From NCBI GenBank assembly GCA_000002435.2, contig CM018792.1: a stretch of DNA of 64,000 nucleotides. One strand, written 5' to 3'. Below the pieces are notes generated by a model. It saw nothing but the letters and a program-made list of their open reading frames with translations. It ran no database searches and was not told where the DNA came from. How positions within the stretch are numbered: the first letter of the stretch is position 1; each line of letters opens with the position of its first letter. Source of the stretch: Giardia intestinalis (taxonomy: Eukaryota). This document shows positions 37,847 through 46,671 of the stretch, one piece after another. A program made the position numbers and the translations under genes.

Positions 37847-39604
37847 GTGATATGCACAAAGGCTGAGGGAGGAGTATGCACTGAGTGTAATACAGATAAC
37901 GGCCTGTTCAAGAACCCGGCTGCAACAGTGACTCCTGGTGGGGAGTGCATCCTCTGCTGGGACACGGTGGGAGATGGCGCGACGAAGGGAGTCGAGGGCT
38001 GTGCCACATGTACGGCACCACAGAATGCAGGAGCAGCTACATGTGATACCTGCCAAGATGGATACTACATGGACTCTCAGGCATGTGTCAAATGTAATGA
38101 CGCTTGTCTGACTTGCGATGGAAGTGGCCAGAATGCGTGCACATCGTGTCCAGAGGGGAAGTACCTGAAGGGTGATAACACTTGTGTAGATGCTAATCAA
38201 TGTGGTGCTGATAAGTACGCAGACAAGAAGACCTGGACCTGCAAGGCATGTGATCCCGACATAGCTGGGTGCACCGCATGTGAATATAATGATGCCACGG
38301 GGAAGCCGAAGTGCACCAATTGTAACGGGAAGCTGATAAGAACTGCTGCCGACGGGACGACAACGTGCGTTGAGGCAAATGGGTGCGCTCAAAATAACGT
38401 CGCAGGTACGCACTTTCTGACCACAACCAGTGACAAGTGCCTACTGTGTAACGACGTTAGCGATACCAGCGAACCGGCCAATAAGGGAGTCGAGGGGTGC
38501 GGCAAATGTAAAAAAGAGAATTCTAACGCAGCCCCAGTCTGCACAGAATGCCTGGAGGGATATTACAGTAGCGGTGGTAGCCCTGTTACATGCAAGCCCT
38601 GTGTAGACAACTGTGGCGCATGCACTGCGGAAGACATGGGGACGTGTACAAAGTGCAAGCCAGGGTACTTCCTTAAGGATGGTCAGAGAACAAAGGAGTG
38701 CGTTCCTTGTAGTGATACAACCAAAGGTGGCATCGATGGCTGCAGTGTCTGCTCGAATGATGGCAATACTTTCAAGTGCACCGATTGTAAGCCCAACTAT
38801 CGCAAGCAGAGCGATAGCAGTCCTGGCTCTGTCACATGTACCAAGACTTGTGAGGATCCTACAGCTTGTGGTGGTACCTCTGGTGCCTGTGATGCCATAG
38901 TGATCAATGAGAATGGAAAGGAGCTTCACTACTGTTCATACTGTGGAGATAGCTCACAAGCTCCCATTAATGGAAAATGCACAAGTACTAACGAGGGAAA
39001 TGATGGATGTGCTAATGGTGTCTGCAAGTCTTGTGCCGCTGCTAACTACTTCCTCTATATGGGAGGGTGCTATGATGCGTCGAAGGCTCCCGGTAGTCAC
39101 ATATGCAAGACAGCTGAAGGTGGTAAGTGCACTGCTGTTAATGATGGTAATAGGTACTTCGTAGTCCCTGGGGCACAGACCACTGATCAGTCTGTACTAG
39201 CTTGTGGTAATCCCCTTGGCACACTAGTAGATCCTCAAGGTACCGCTAAGGCATATGTGGGAATAGATGGCTGCTCACAGTGCACAGCCCCAGCAGGTCT
39301 GTCTGAGGGTGGCATGACCCCCGCTGTCTGTACCTCCTGTGACAATAGTAAGAAGCCCAACAAGGATGGCAGCGGGTGTGTGCTGTGCTCTGACACCAAC
39401 TGCAAGAGCTGTGTGATGGACGGTGTGTGTGGGGAGTGCAACAGTGGCTTCAGTCTAGACAATGGTAAGTGTGTGTCCTCTGGCGCCAACAGGAGCGGGC
39501 TCAGCACGGGCGCCATCGCGGGCATCTCCGTCGCCGTGGTCGTTGTTGTGGGGGGCCTCGTCGGCTTCCTCTGCTGGTGGTTCGTGTGCAGGGGGAAGGC
39601 GTAG
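37847..39604 (+). CDS. VSP: VSP-like cassette, unit 10 (type D 5' region as unit 6, but an E-type 3' segment from about 39190-39260 onward)
   Basis: 585 codons. …[67 protein letters not shown]…[22 protein letters not shown]. Stop is TAG followed by gtACTTAGGTAGTGAAT. Confidence 0.55.
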   Translation: MICTKAEGGVCTECNTDNGLFKNPAATVTPGGECILCWDTVGDGATKGVEGCATCTAPQNAGAATCDTCQDGYYMDSQACVKCNDACLTCDGSGQNACTSCPEGKYLKGDNTCVDANQCGADKYADKKTWTCKACDPDIAGCTACEYNDATGKPKCTNCNGKLIRTAADGTTTCVEANGCAQNNVAGTHFLTTTSDKCLLCNDVSDTSEPANKGVEGCGKCKKENSNAAPVCTECLEGYYSSGGSPVTCKPCVDNCGACTAEDMGTCTKCKPGYFLKDGQRTKECVPCSDTTKGGIDGCSVCSNDGNTFKCTDCKPNYRKQSDSSPGSVTCTKTCEDPTACGGTSGACDAIVINENGKELHYCSYCGDSSQAPINGKCTSTNEGNDGCANGVCKSCAAANYFLYMGGCYDASKAPGSHICKTAEGGKCTAVNDGNRYFVVPGAQTTDQSVLACGNPLGTLVDPQGTAKAYVGIDGCSQCTAPAGLSEGGMTPAVCTSCDNSKKPNKDGSGCVLCSDTNCKSCVMDGVCGECNSGFSLDNGKCVSSGANRSGLSTGAIAGISVAVVVVVGGLVGFLCWWFVCRGKA

Positions 39605-39824
39605 GTACTTAGGTAGTGAATGCTGTACAGTGGGTGATAGAGGGTGATAATGGGTGATAGTGTGTGATAGAGGGTGATAGTGGAGTGATATCTGCACAGC
39701 AGCCAGTAATGGAGTATGCACTACTTGTAAGGCAGATAACGGCCTGTTCAAGAACCCGGCTGCACCATCAGAGAAGGGTAGTGAGTGCATACTGTGCTCT
39801 GATACGACAGATAGAAACGGGGTC

Positions 39825-41504
39825 ATGGGAGTCGCTGGATGCTCAGAATGCTCCCACACGGGCACTAGCGGACCGGCCACGTGTACAGAGTGTCAAGCAG
39901 GGTTCGTTACGAAGGACAGTGCATGTGTGAAGTGCGGAGAGGGCTGCTCTGCCTGCTCAGCTGATACTCCGACTCAGTGTACCGCCTGCGTTGAGGGGAA
40001 GTTCCTGAAGGCTGACAAGTGTGTGGATGCTAATCAATGTGACAATGGTAAGTATGCAGACCCAAAAACAGGCCAATGCAAGGCCTGCACGGACACAAGT
40101 GTCAATGAATGTGCTACGTGTGCATACAGCGACACTCTTCAGAAGCCTGTGTGCACTGGGTGTAATAGTGGAGGAAACCTGCTTCTTAAGGTGAACCCCG
40201 ATGGGTCAGCGACGTGTGTTGCGGAGGCAGAGTGCACAAGTGGCAATACGCACTTCCTTGAACAATCTCCAAAAGCTTGTGTTCCATGTGGTGATACTAA
40301 AAATGGTGGGATTCTAGGTTGTGATACCTGCTCCTCTAAAACTACATGTACAAAGTGCCTCGATGGATATTACAATAGTGCAAGTGGTAATACCGCTACA
40401 TGCACAGCCTGTGGTGAGAACTGTGCCACCTGTGCTAAGGATACAAAAGACCAATGCACGACCTGCAAGCAAGGGTACTTCTTGAAGGATAGCTCCTCTG
40501 GTGAGTGCATCTCATGTAGTGATACAGCAAATGGTGGCCGCGATGGGTGCAGTGCATGCTCTAACAGTGGTGGATTCAAATGTACTGACTGTAAGCCTAA
40601 CTATAAGAAACAGCTTAATGGAGATGCAGGGGATGACTATACGTGTACAAAGACCTGTGAAGATGAGACTGCATGCGGGGGGACAGCAGGGGCCTGCGAC
40701 GCCATCGTGGTCGGCAACGACGGCAGCATGCTCTCTTACTGTTCAAAGTGTGTTGGCGCCGGCTATGGCCCCATTAATGGGAAGTGCACCAATGCACTTG
40801 CAGGTAATACCTGCGCCGATGGTGTATGTACGCGGTGCACCAACAACTACTTCCTCTATATGGGTGGCTGTTATAAAGCAACAGAGGTGCCTGGTAGCCT
40901 CATGTGCTCCGAAGCAACAACAGCTGGTGTCTGTACTACTCCCAATGCCAATGATAGGTACTTCGTAGTCCCAGAAGCAAAGGCTACTGATCAGTCTGTA
41001 CTAGCCTGTGGCAACCCCCTAGGCACACTAGTAGACCCTCAAGGTACTGCTAAGGCATACGTGGGGGTGGATGGCTGCTCACAGTGCACAGCCCCAGCAG
41101 CTCTGTCTGATGGTGGTATGGCTGCTGCTATATGCACTTCTTGTGACAATAGTAAGAAGCCCAACAAGGATGGCAGTGGGTGCTTCACATGTACCATCGA
41201 TGGATGCTCGCACTGCAATAGAGACAACATGTGCGAGGCATGTAGTGATGGTAAGAAGGTGAGCCCTGGGAGGAAGTCATGCGTGGATAAGTGTCCCAGC
41301 AACTCCACTGACACCGACTCTGTCTGTGTGTGCAACGATGGATACAGCCCTGACAGCAGTGGGACCTCCTGTGCGTCCTCTGGCACCAACAGGAGCGGGC
41401 TCTCCACGGGGGCCATCGCGGGGATCTCCGTCGCTGTGGTCGTTGTTGTAGGAGGCCTCGTGGGCTTCCTCTGCTGGTGGTTTATTTGCCGCGGTAAGGC
41501 GTAG
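39825..41504 (+). CDS. VSP: VSP-like cassette, unit 11 (divergent type F). VSP homology extends upstream to an in-frame TAG at 39678-39680; 39825 is only the first in-frame ATG, and no signal peptide is present.
   Basis: …CWWFICRGKA-TAG, then ACTTAGGTAGTAAAT at 41517-41531. Upstream in-frame …WSDICTAASNGVCTTCKADNGLFKNPAAPSEKGSECILCSD… is homologous to the unit 6/10 N-termini. Confidence 0.5.
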   Translation: MGVAGCSECSHTGTSGPATCTECQAGFVTKDSACVKCGEGCSACSADTPTQCTACVEGKFLKADKCVDANQCDNGKYADPKTGQCKACTDTSVNECATCAYSDTLQKPVCTGCNSGGNLLLKVNPDGSATCVAEAECTSGNTHFLEQSPKACVPCGDTKNGGILGCDTCSSKTTCTKCLDGYYNSASGNTATCTACGENCATCAKDTKDQCTTCKQGYFLKDSSSGECISCSDTANGGRDGCSACSNSGGFKCTDCKPNYKKQLNGDAGDDYTCTKTCEDETACGGTAGACDAIVVGNDGSMLSYCSKCVGAGYGPINGKCTNALAGNTCADGVCTRCTNNYFLYMGGCYKATEVPGSLMCSEATTAGVCTTPNANDRYFVVPEAKATDQSVLACGNPLGTLVDPQGTAKAYVGVDGCSQCTAPAALSDGGMAAAICTSCDNSKKPNKDGSGCFTCTIDGCSHCNRDNMCEACSDGKKVSPGRKSCVDKCPSNSTDTDSVCVCNDGYSPDSSGTSCASSGTNRSGLSTGAIAGISVAVVVVVGGLVGFLCWWFICRGKA

Positions 41505-41795
41505 ATCTAAACATAAACTTAGGTAGTAAATTGTCATAGATGAGTCCTGCTCAGTGACCATCTTCGTGGGTCTGGGTACAAGTGCTCCTCGGTGTGTAAC
41601 GGACTTCACGGGCAACAAGGAGCAAGGAATGATTGTGCATTCTCGCTAGCGGCTTTCGTATCCGTGCATGCGTTATAAGTTATTATTCTGGCCTCCCACG
41701 TCTTGACCCCTGCAGGACCTCTGCATGTGGGTATGATGCACGGTAGAAGAGAGTAGCAACGAATACAAAGGGCAGCAGAGAGCGCCGGGCCTCGG

Positions 41796-44360
41796 ATGAC
41801 AGGCTGGGTGTGGCCAATGGAATCATTCGCTAAGACAGATAAAGTTATAGTAAAAAAATCCCAGATGACGCAGAATTGGCGTCCGCAGAGTAGGCTCCAG
41901 ACCATGACGTTTGCCGGCACGGCTCGCCCTATGACTTCCATGACTGCAGCTGGCTTTACAAAGAATCCTTTGGCAACAGCAGGGGTAGCGAGTATTTTTG
42001 ACAAACTCCCACCAGAACCCCCGAAGGATTCTCCAGAACAGAAGGCCGATCAAATGGAGATCAATATTTTTAAGCTGCTTCGCGACGGAATGAGTGCTGC
42101 CAGTTGTAAAGACTATGTTACTGCTTTGGGCAGAATTCGTGAGGCGATCAAGTTGGAGCAAAAGGTATCACAGCACAGAACCATGAACGGGCTTGCTGAT
42201 AGCATTAACTTGGATTTGCGTACGTGTATATGGATGCATTGGGCTCAAATTCAGGCTCTTGGCGGGCAGCCGGAAATGGCTCTTTCGACGTATGAGAAGA
42301 TTGTCAAGACAGCGGAAGGCGCAACTCTCGCCCAGATACGGTTCAACATGGGAAACATAAATCACAACCTTGGAAAGTATAACGAAGCATTGAAGAATTT
42401 CAGAATGGCTATCGATCAGGCTTCCCCCAGCCTACCCCGCTTTAGACAAAAGATAGCGAGCCACATGGCTCAATCATGCATTAAGTTACACAGATGGCAG
42501 GACGCAGTAGATCGTATCGAGGAGTATCTCATAAAGCAGTACACATTGGCCAGTTCGGTGGGTACTGACGTCGAAAGACAGAACTTCTATGCGATGACGA
42601 CCCGCTTTGATCCGTTATACACAGTGTTAATAGGATACTATGCCCTAGGTGTTCCAGAGAAGATGATCGATGCTTATTCTCGCTTAATAGACTCTAGTAT
42701 TCTCATTAGCGACCACCCAGACAGTCTCGAGATTGATGACCATCACAACGGGATCAGTAGTAAGCAGATAGCAATGGCAGATGCTGAGCTGTGCAATATG
42801 AGCAATGACGACGAGCTGGATGATTTGAGCCGCTACAACGCGACGCTTCGACACGAGCATACAAACAAGCTTCTAATCAGTGCACGCCTGCTCGCACCAG
42901 CTATCGCATGGGAAGAGTCCCAGGGCTACGCGAAGCTCAGCGATATTCTCCGGGAGAAGGGTCACCATGGCATCTCTCTGCAAGTCCAAATGTCGATGGC
43001 GCTAACACTTCTCAAGAGGAATGAGTTTGAGAAAGCCACAGATATCATGCTTCGCATTGATCGCGAAGGACTCGAAAGCGCCCTTGCTCTGGGGATCAAC
43101 GTGCCGCTGTCTATTTTGCAGAAGACACGTAACCTTTCTCTCACTGCAGCTGCGACGGCTGTGACTAACCAGGAAAGTGATCTGCACTTGCTCGGAATAG
43201 ACCCCAGTGTTCTGGCAAATCAACAATCCGTCGTCGATAGGGATGCAGTTGCCAGCCGCGGGGCACCCGAAGTGGACATGTTAAAAACTGACGATGATAA
43301 TGGGACCAAAAAGCAGCCATACGCAGCGTTTGTGCCCAGAGGGGTCCATACTAACATCGCCTTTATTTACTACCTCAAGGGAGACTATGAGGCGAGCGCA
43401 AGGCACGCCCAGATTGCTCTAGAAATAGACCCCTACGATTCCTTTGCCCACATTAATCTTGGATGTACCTACAGTAAGACTAACCAGTGGGAGCTCTCTC
43501 TGCGTGAATTCCTCAAGGCTCAGGAGATCAATATGGAGTCCGTTCAAGCTACTTACAACGCAGGGCTGGTTTACTTCAAGCAACAAGAATACAAAACAGC
43601 ATACTCCTGCTTCCAGAAGGTTGCCAGCAAACTTCCAAGCTATGGAGATGCTATTTACATGAGCGCAGACTGCCTTGCCAGAATGTCACAAATCGACGAG
43701 GCAATCCAAATGCTCAGCAACTTGGTTACAATGTTTTCAGCAGTCAAAGCCTATGACCCCAGTATTTACATAAGACTGGGCGAGCTTTACTCAATAGCCG
43801 GCGACGAGGGACAAGCTGCACACTATTTCAAAGAGGCGCACAGGCTTGTACCCTTCAGTCTGGCAGTTATTAACTGGCTGGGGTCGCACTATATCAAGAA
43901 TGAGCTGTATGAACAGGCGCGCGTGTGCTTTGAGAAGGCTAGCAGAGTTGACACGACGACGCCCAAATGGTCTCTTGCCGTTGCCGCTTGTTTGCGGAAG
44001 TCAAAGCAATATAGGGATGCAATCTACGAGTACAAACATATTCTTAAGAGATTTCCAACCAACACCACTGCCATGACCCACTTGATCTCTTCACTAAACA
44101 ACATTGGACAGCACAAAGAAGCAGATGAGTGGGCAGAAAAGCTCACTAAGCTAACTAACAATAAGGTACCAGAGGTAACGGAAGACCGAGAACTCGATGA
44201 ATTTGTCAAGCAGGAGAGAAGGAACTCAGTGGCTGCCGTTGGACCTGGATCAAGAGCAGGTCAGGATCGATTCGAGGCAAGCAATAATAGAGTAAGTTCT
44301 AATACCGGAGATCTGTTCGGGGATGTGGATATCGCCGAAGAGCTTCTCACAGAAAACTGA
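41796..44360 (+). CDS. IFT88: Intraflagellar transport protein IFT88 (TPR-repeat IFT-B component)
   Basis: RPMTSMTAAGFTKNPLATAGVASIFDKL…DSPEQKADQMEI versus human IFT88 RPMTAVRAAGFTKAALRGSAFDPL…DSPEEKIKQLEK. INLDLRTCIW versus INLDLTYSVL. FNMGNINHNLGKYNEALKNFRMAIDQ versus MNMGNIYLKQRNYSKAIKFYRMALDQ. C-terminal INWLGSHYIKNELYEQARVCFEKASRVDTTTPKWSLAVAACLRKSKQYRDAIYEYKHILKRFPTN versus IEWLGAYYIDTQFWEKAIQYFERASLIQPTQVKWQLMVASCFRRSGNYQKALDTYKDTHRKFPEN. The start may be an internal ATG (MESF…, 41817). Confidence 0.9.
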   Translation: MTGWVWPMESFAKTDKVIVKKSQMTQNWRPQSRLQTMTFAGTARPMTSMTAAGFTKNPLATAGVASIFDKLPPEPPKDSPEQKADQMEINIFKLLRDGMSAASCKDYVTALGRIREAIKLEQKVSQHRTMNGLADSINLDLRTCIWMHWAQIQALGGQPEMALSTYEKIVKTAEGATLAQIRFNMGNINHNLGKYNEALKNFRMAIDQASPSLPRFRQKIASHMAQSCIKLHRWQDAVDRIEEYLIKQYTLASSVGTDVERQNFYAMTTRFDPLYTVLIGYYALGVPEKMIDAYSRLIDSSILISDHPDSLEIDDHHNGISSKQIAMADAELCNMSNDDELDDLSRYNATLRHEHTNKLLISARLLAPAIAWEESQGYAKLSDILREKGHHGISLQVQMSMALTLLKRNEFEKATDIMLRIDREGLESALALGINVPLSILQKTRNLSLTAAATAVTNQESDLHLLGIDPSVLANQQSVVDRDAVASRGAPEVDMLKTDDDNGTKKQPYAAFVPRGVHTNIAFIYYLKGDYEASARHAQIALEIDPYDSFAHINLGCTYSKTNQWELSLREFLKAQEINMESVQATYNAGLVYFKQQEYKTAYSCFQKVASKLPSYGDAIYMSADCLARMSQIDEAIQMLSNLVTMFSAVKAYDPSIYIRLGELYSIAGDEGQAAHYFKEAHRLVPFSLAVINWLGSHYIKNELYEQARVCFEKASRVDTTTPKWSLAVAACLRKSKQYRDAIYEYKHILKRFPTNTTAMTHLISSLNNIGQHKEADEWAEKLTKLTNNKVPEVTEDRELDEFVKQERRNSVAAVGPGSRAGQDRFEASNNRVSSNTGDLFGDVDIAEELLTEN

Positions 44361-44394
44361 AGGCAGTGTGCCCGTGCACTTCTCTATTGAACTC

Positions 44395-46512
44395 TCATTC
44401 GTCAAAAACATGTAGGTCAGCAGAGAAGAATCCGCCCTGCTTGTGTAAACGAGGGCCACATGAGCTATTATCATCGGATTGAAGTGGGGGAGGGAGGCCG
44501 TTCTCACAAGGTTTAACGGACTCCGGATTGGTCGATCCAGACGATTCCAGAATAAGGCCGTTGACATCATTGTGAAAAGACCCAGGGCATGAGTACGCTA
44601 GAGGGGACGATAGAATCTCGGTTGAGGCTTTGGATGAAATAGTAGGGCAGTTTCTGGTCTCTCGTTCTGACGTTTCTAGTAAAGAAAATATATTGTCTGG
44701 TTTCCGGCCCGAGCTAGGATCTTTTTTCGGTGATACTGAACATGCCGTGAATAACTCGTTGCTAAGAGCACTATGATTATGTAGCTGAGTAGTTTGGAAG
44801 CACTCATCAACAACCGCTGCAAGCTTATCCCTTGCAGTGTGAGATACTACAGTGTTGTGTGTAATTGTTTCAGATGTAAATGCGTCATACTTAAAAGCGG
44901 TGATCATTTTCGCATGAGGATCATGCGTTGCTTGCTGGTCAGATGAAGGATTTGAAAAGGCCTTTCGGAAGGATAATATATTTATGGGATCCGTATATAA
45001 ATTAGATGAACTTTGGACAGATCCATTGAGTAGCTGTAGTCCGTCAGCAGAGGCTAGAGAAACAGTGGTGCTACACGGGAAAGACATGTCTGACACTGGC
45101 TTTCTCAGCGCCGATCGTGCAGCAGCATAGTGCAACCGCTGAAGAGATCGAAAGCACCTGTCTATATACCCTTCGTCAAAGTAGTCAAGCTGATGTCTAT
45201 ACAGTACAGTGCAGAGGTCTGCTGCATTACTTGGGGATGTGCTATCGTCTGTGGACCGCTTCCTCAGGTCGTTTTGGGCCTCTTTTAGTGTTTGGTATTG
45301 TAGTGCAAGGGGAACTGGAAGATTAGAGCGATCAGAGCGTGGCTTGCGCGACGTGGATGGCGGACATTCTGGAGAGCTATTATCTATTGATCTTGTAAAG
45401 GGCAACGGATGAAGGATGCCGGTACACGCTAGACACGCTTCAAAGGGGGTAAACGGCGCGCCGTAACACCATTGATTGAGAAACTTGATGAGTTGCCCAT
45501 CTTCCTCATTGAAAGGGTGAAACGGAACCACCTCGAAGGAGAGAGGATCGAAGACATGATGGTACCTAAATGTCAAGTACGCTTGTAGAATTAAGTGAAC
45601 GTACTCATCAAAGGACTCCACATCTCCTGGAAGCTTTTTGTGGTGGCCATAGCGCAAGATCTGCGCCGCTGACACTATCCCATCCGTTTTTCCCACAGTA
45701 TTCACGCTCGTTATCAAGCCTACTCCCACCAGACTTGGGGTATAATCACATCCACTGAGAATACAGGCCTGCTGAAAGCGTAGATGCCTGGCGAGAACAG
45801 TGCCAGTAGCAATTCTATTTGGCTCCGTGTTGTCGACCAAAGCAGCAACCCGTGAAGAGACCTTAGGTGTATTAAGGGATTCAAAGCCGTTTAGATAAAG
45901 ATCGTCTATGGTAGACAGGAAACCTGTACCTGTGCGCCAGTTGTACTTGTACAATGCCTTCCTAGGACCATAAAGCAAAATGTCTGAGTCGTTAGTGACA
46001 ATGACGTCCCCCATGCCAAGTTTCTGCAAGTAGGCCACTTGAGCGTCTGCCTCATAAGGAGCGATCAGCACTGCAAAGTTGTCGTGCTTCTCGAGCCGTT
46101 TGAAGACACCATTGGCGATTCGTGACACCTGCAGATTACTAAATGAAATTGCTTTTTTGAGGGCGTTTTCAGCCTCTTCTGAGTCACCTGCTGAGGAATA
46201 GGCCTCTGCAAGTGCAAGACTCGCGTCTCTGGCCTGCTTTCTCCGAGAGTTAGTGAAGGTCTTACTGGGGAGGGAACCTCCATCAAACACAAGGGTAACG
46301 AACGTTGCAGATGGCAAGATGGATCCTACAAGCTGAACCATCACATCTATAACTCCGCTAATGTTATTTTTCAGAACTAACGCCTTTGGGTCTAATATTG
46401 CTGCCGCATGTAGAAAGCAGTGTCCGTCGATAACGAAGGAACTTCCGCGTAGCTGCGTGATTTTAATCCATTGTGCTCTCCGTATAGCGGTTAAGAGACC
46501 AGATATCCCCAT
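44395..46512 (-). CDS. EXO1: XPG/Rad2-family 5' nuclease, EXO1-like (705 aa)
   Basis: N-terminal MGISGLLTAI (XPG-N domain, as MGIQGLL in EXO1/FEN1). XPG-I motif LIAPYEADAQVAYL. H3TH region ILSGCDYTPSLVGVGL. The long non-conserved C-terminal half favours EXO1 over FEN1. Confidence 0.8.
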   Translation of the reverse strand: MGISGLLTAIRRAQWIKITQLRGSSFVIDGHCFLHAAAILDPKALVLKNNISGVIDVMVQLVGSILPSATFVTLVFDGGSLPSKTFTNSRRKQARDASLALAEAYSSAGDSEEAENALKKAISFSNLQVSRIANGVFKRLEKHDNFAVLIAPYEADAQVAYLQKLGMGDVIVTNDSDILLYGPRKALYKYNWRTGTGFLSTIDDLYLNGFESLNTPKVSSRVAALVDNTEPNRIATGTVLARHLRFQQACILSGCDYTPSLVGVGLITSVNTVGKTDGIVSAAQILRYGHHKKLPGDVESFDEYVHLILQAYLTFRYHHVFDPLSFEVVPFHPFNEEDGQLIKFLNQWCYGAPFTPFEACLACTGILHPLPFTRSIDNSSPECPPSTSRKPRSDRSNLPVPLALQYQTLKEAQNDLRKRSTDDSTSPSNAADLCTVLYRHQLDYFDEGYIDRCFRSLQRLHYAAARSALRKPVSDMSFPCSTTVSLASADGLQLLNGSVQSSSNLYTDPINILSFRKAFSNPSSDQQATHDPHAKMITAFKYDAFTSETITHNTVVSHTARDKLAAVVDECFQTTQLHNHSALSNELFTACSVSPKKDPSSGRKPDNIFSLLETSERETRNCPTISSKASTEILSSPLAYSCPGSFHNDVNGLILESSGSTNPESVKPCENGLPPPLQSDDNSSCGPRLHKQGGFFSADLHVFDE

Positions 46513-46671
46513 CTATTAATGGACGATGTGCAGAACGTTTTTTAATTGGATTAGCAAATGTAAAAGAAGTGTCTAGAGTCTAGGGCACGTATGACGCACT
46601 CGACGACTACACATGAACCACTCCCATCCACGCCCTGAGAAGTGGTACTGCAAAGTCGATAATAGCAAAGG

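Larger units (their letters stand above)
23026..41531 (+). repeat. Head-to-tail tandem array of ten VSP-like cassettes. Unit spacings are 1834, 1833, 1869, 1825, 1834, 1834 and 1869 bp.
   Basis: Each unit ends with the same ~170-bp block (…[61 protein letters not shown]) followed by a GGTGATAR spacer. Units 3, 7 and 8 are near-identical. Units 5+6 recur as 9+10. Confidence 0.9.

Noticed and set aside
23026-41531. Regularly spaced direct repeats with spacers: CRISPR-like at first glance
   Set aside because: Units are 1.8-kb protein-coding cassettes in a eukaryotic genome, and the short GTGATA repeats are microsatellite-like. No CRISPR architecture.
21514-41618. Many long ORFs (up to 273 aa) on the minus strand throughout the VSP array, e.g. 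30230-31051, 37592-38413, 25317-25784, including repeated HYHTITHYH peptides
   Set aside because: They are antisense to the VSP cassettes and repeat with exactly the same period. The HYH repeats are just the reverse complement of the GTGATA spacer. Stop-poor antisense frames are expected for GC3-biased Cys/Gly/Thr-rich coding sequence. There is no independent start or signal-peptide logic.
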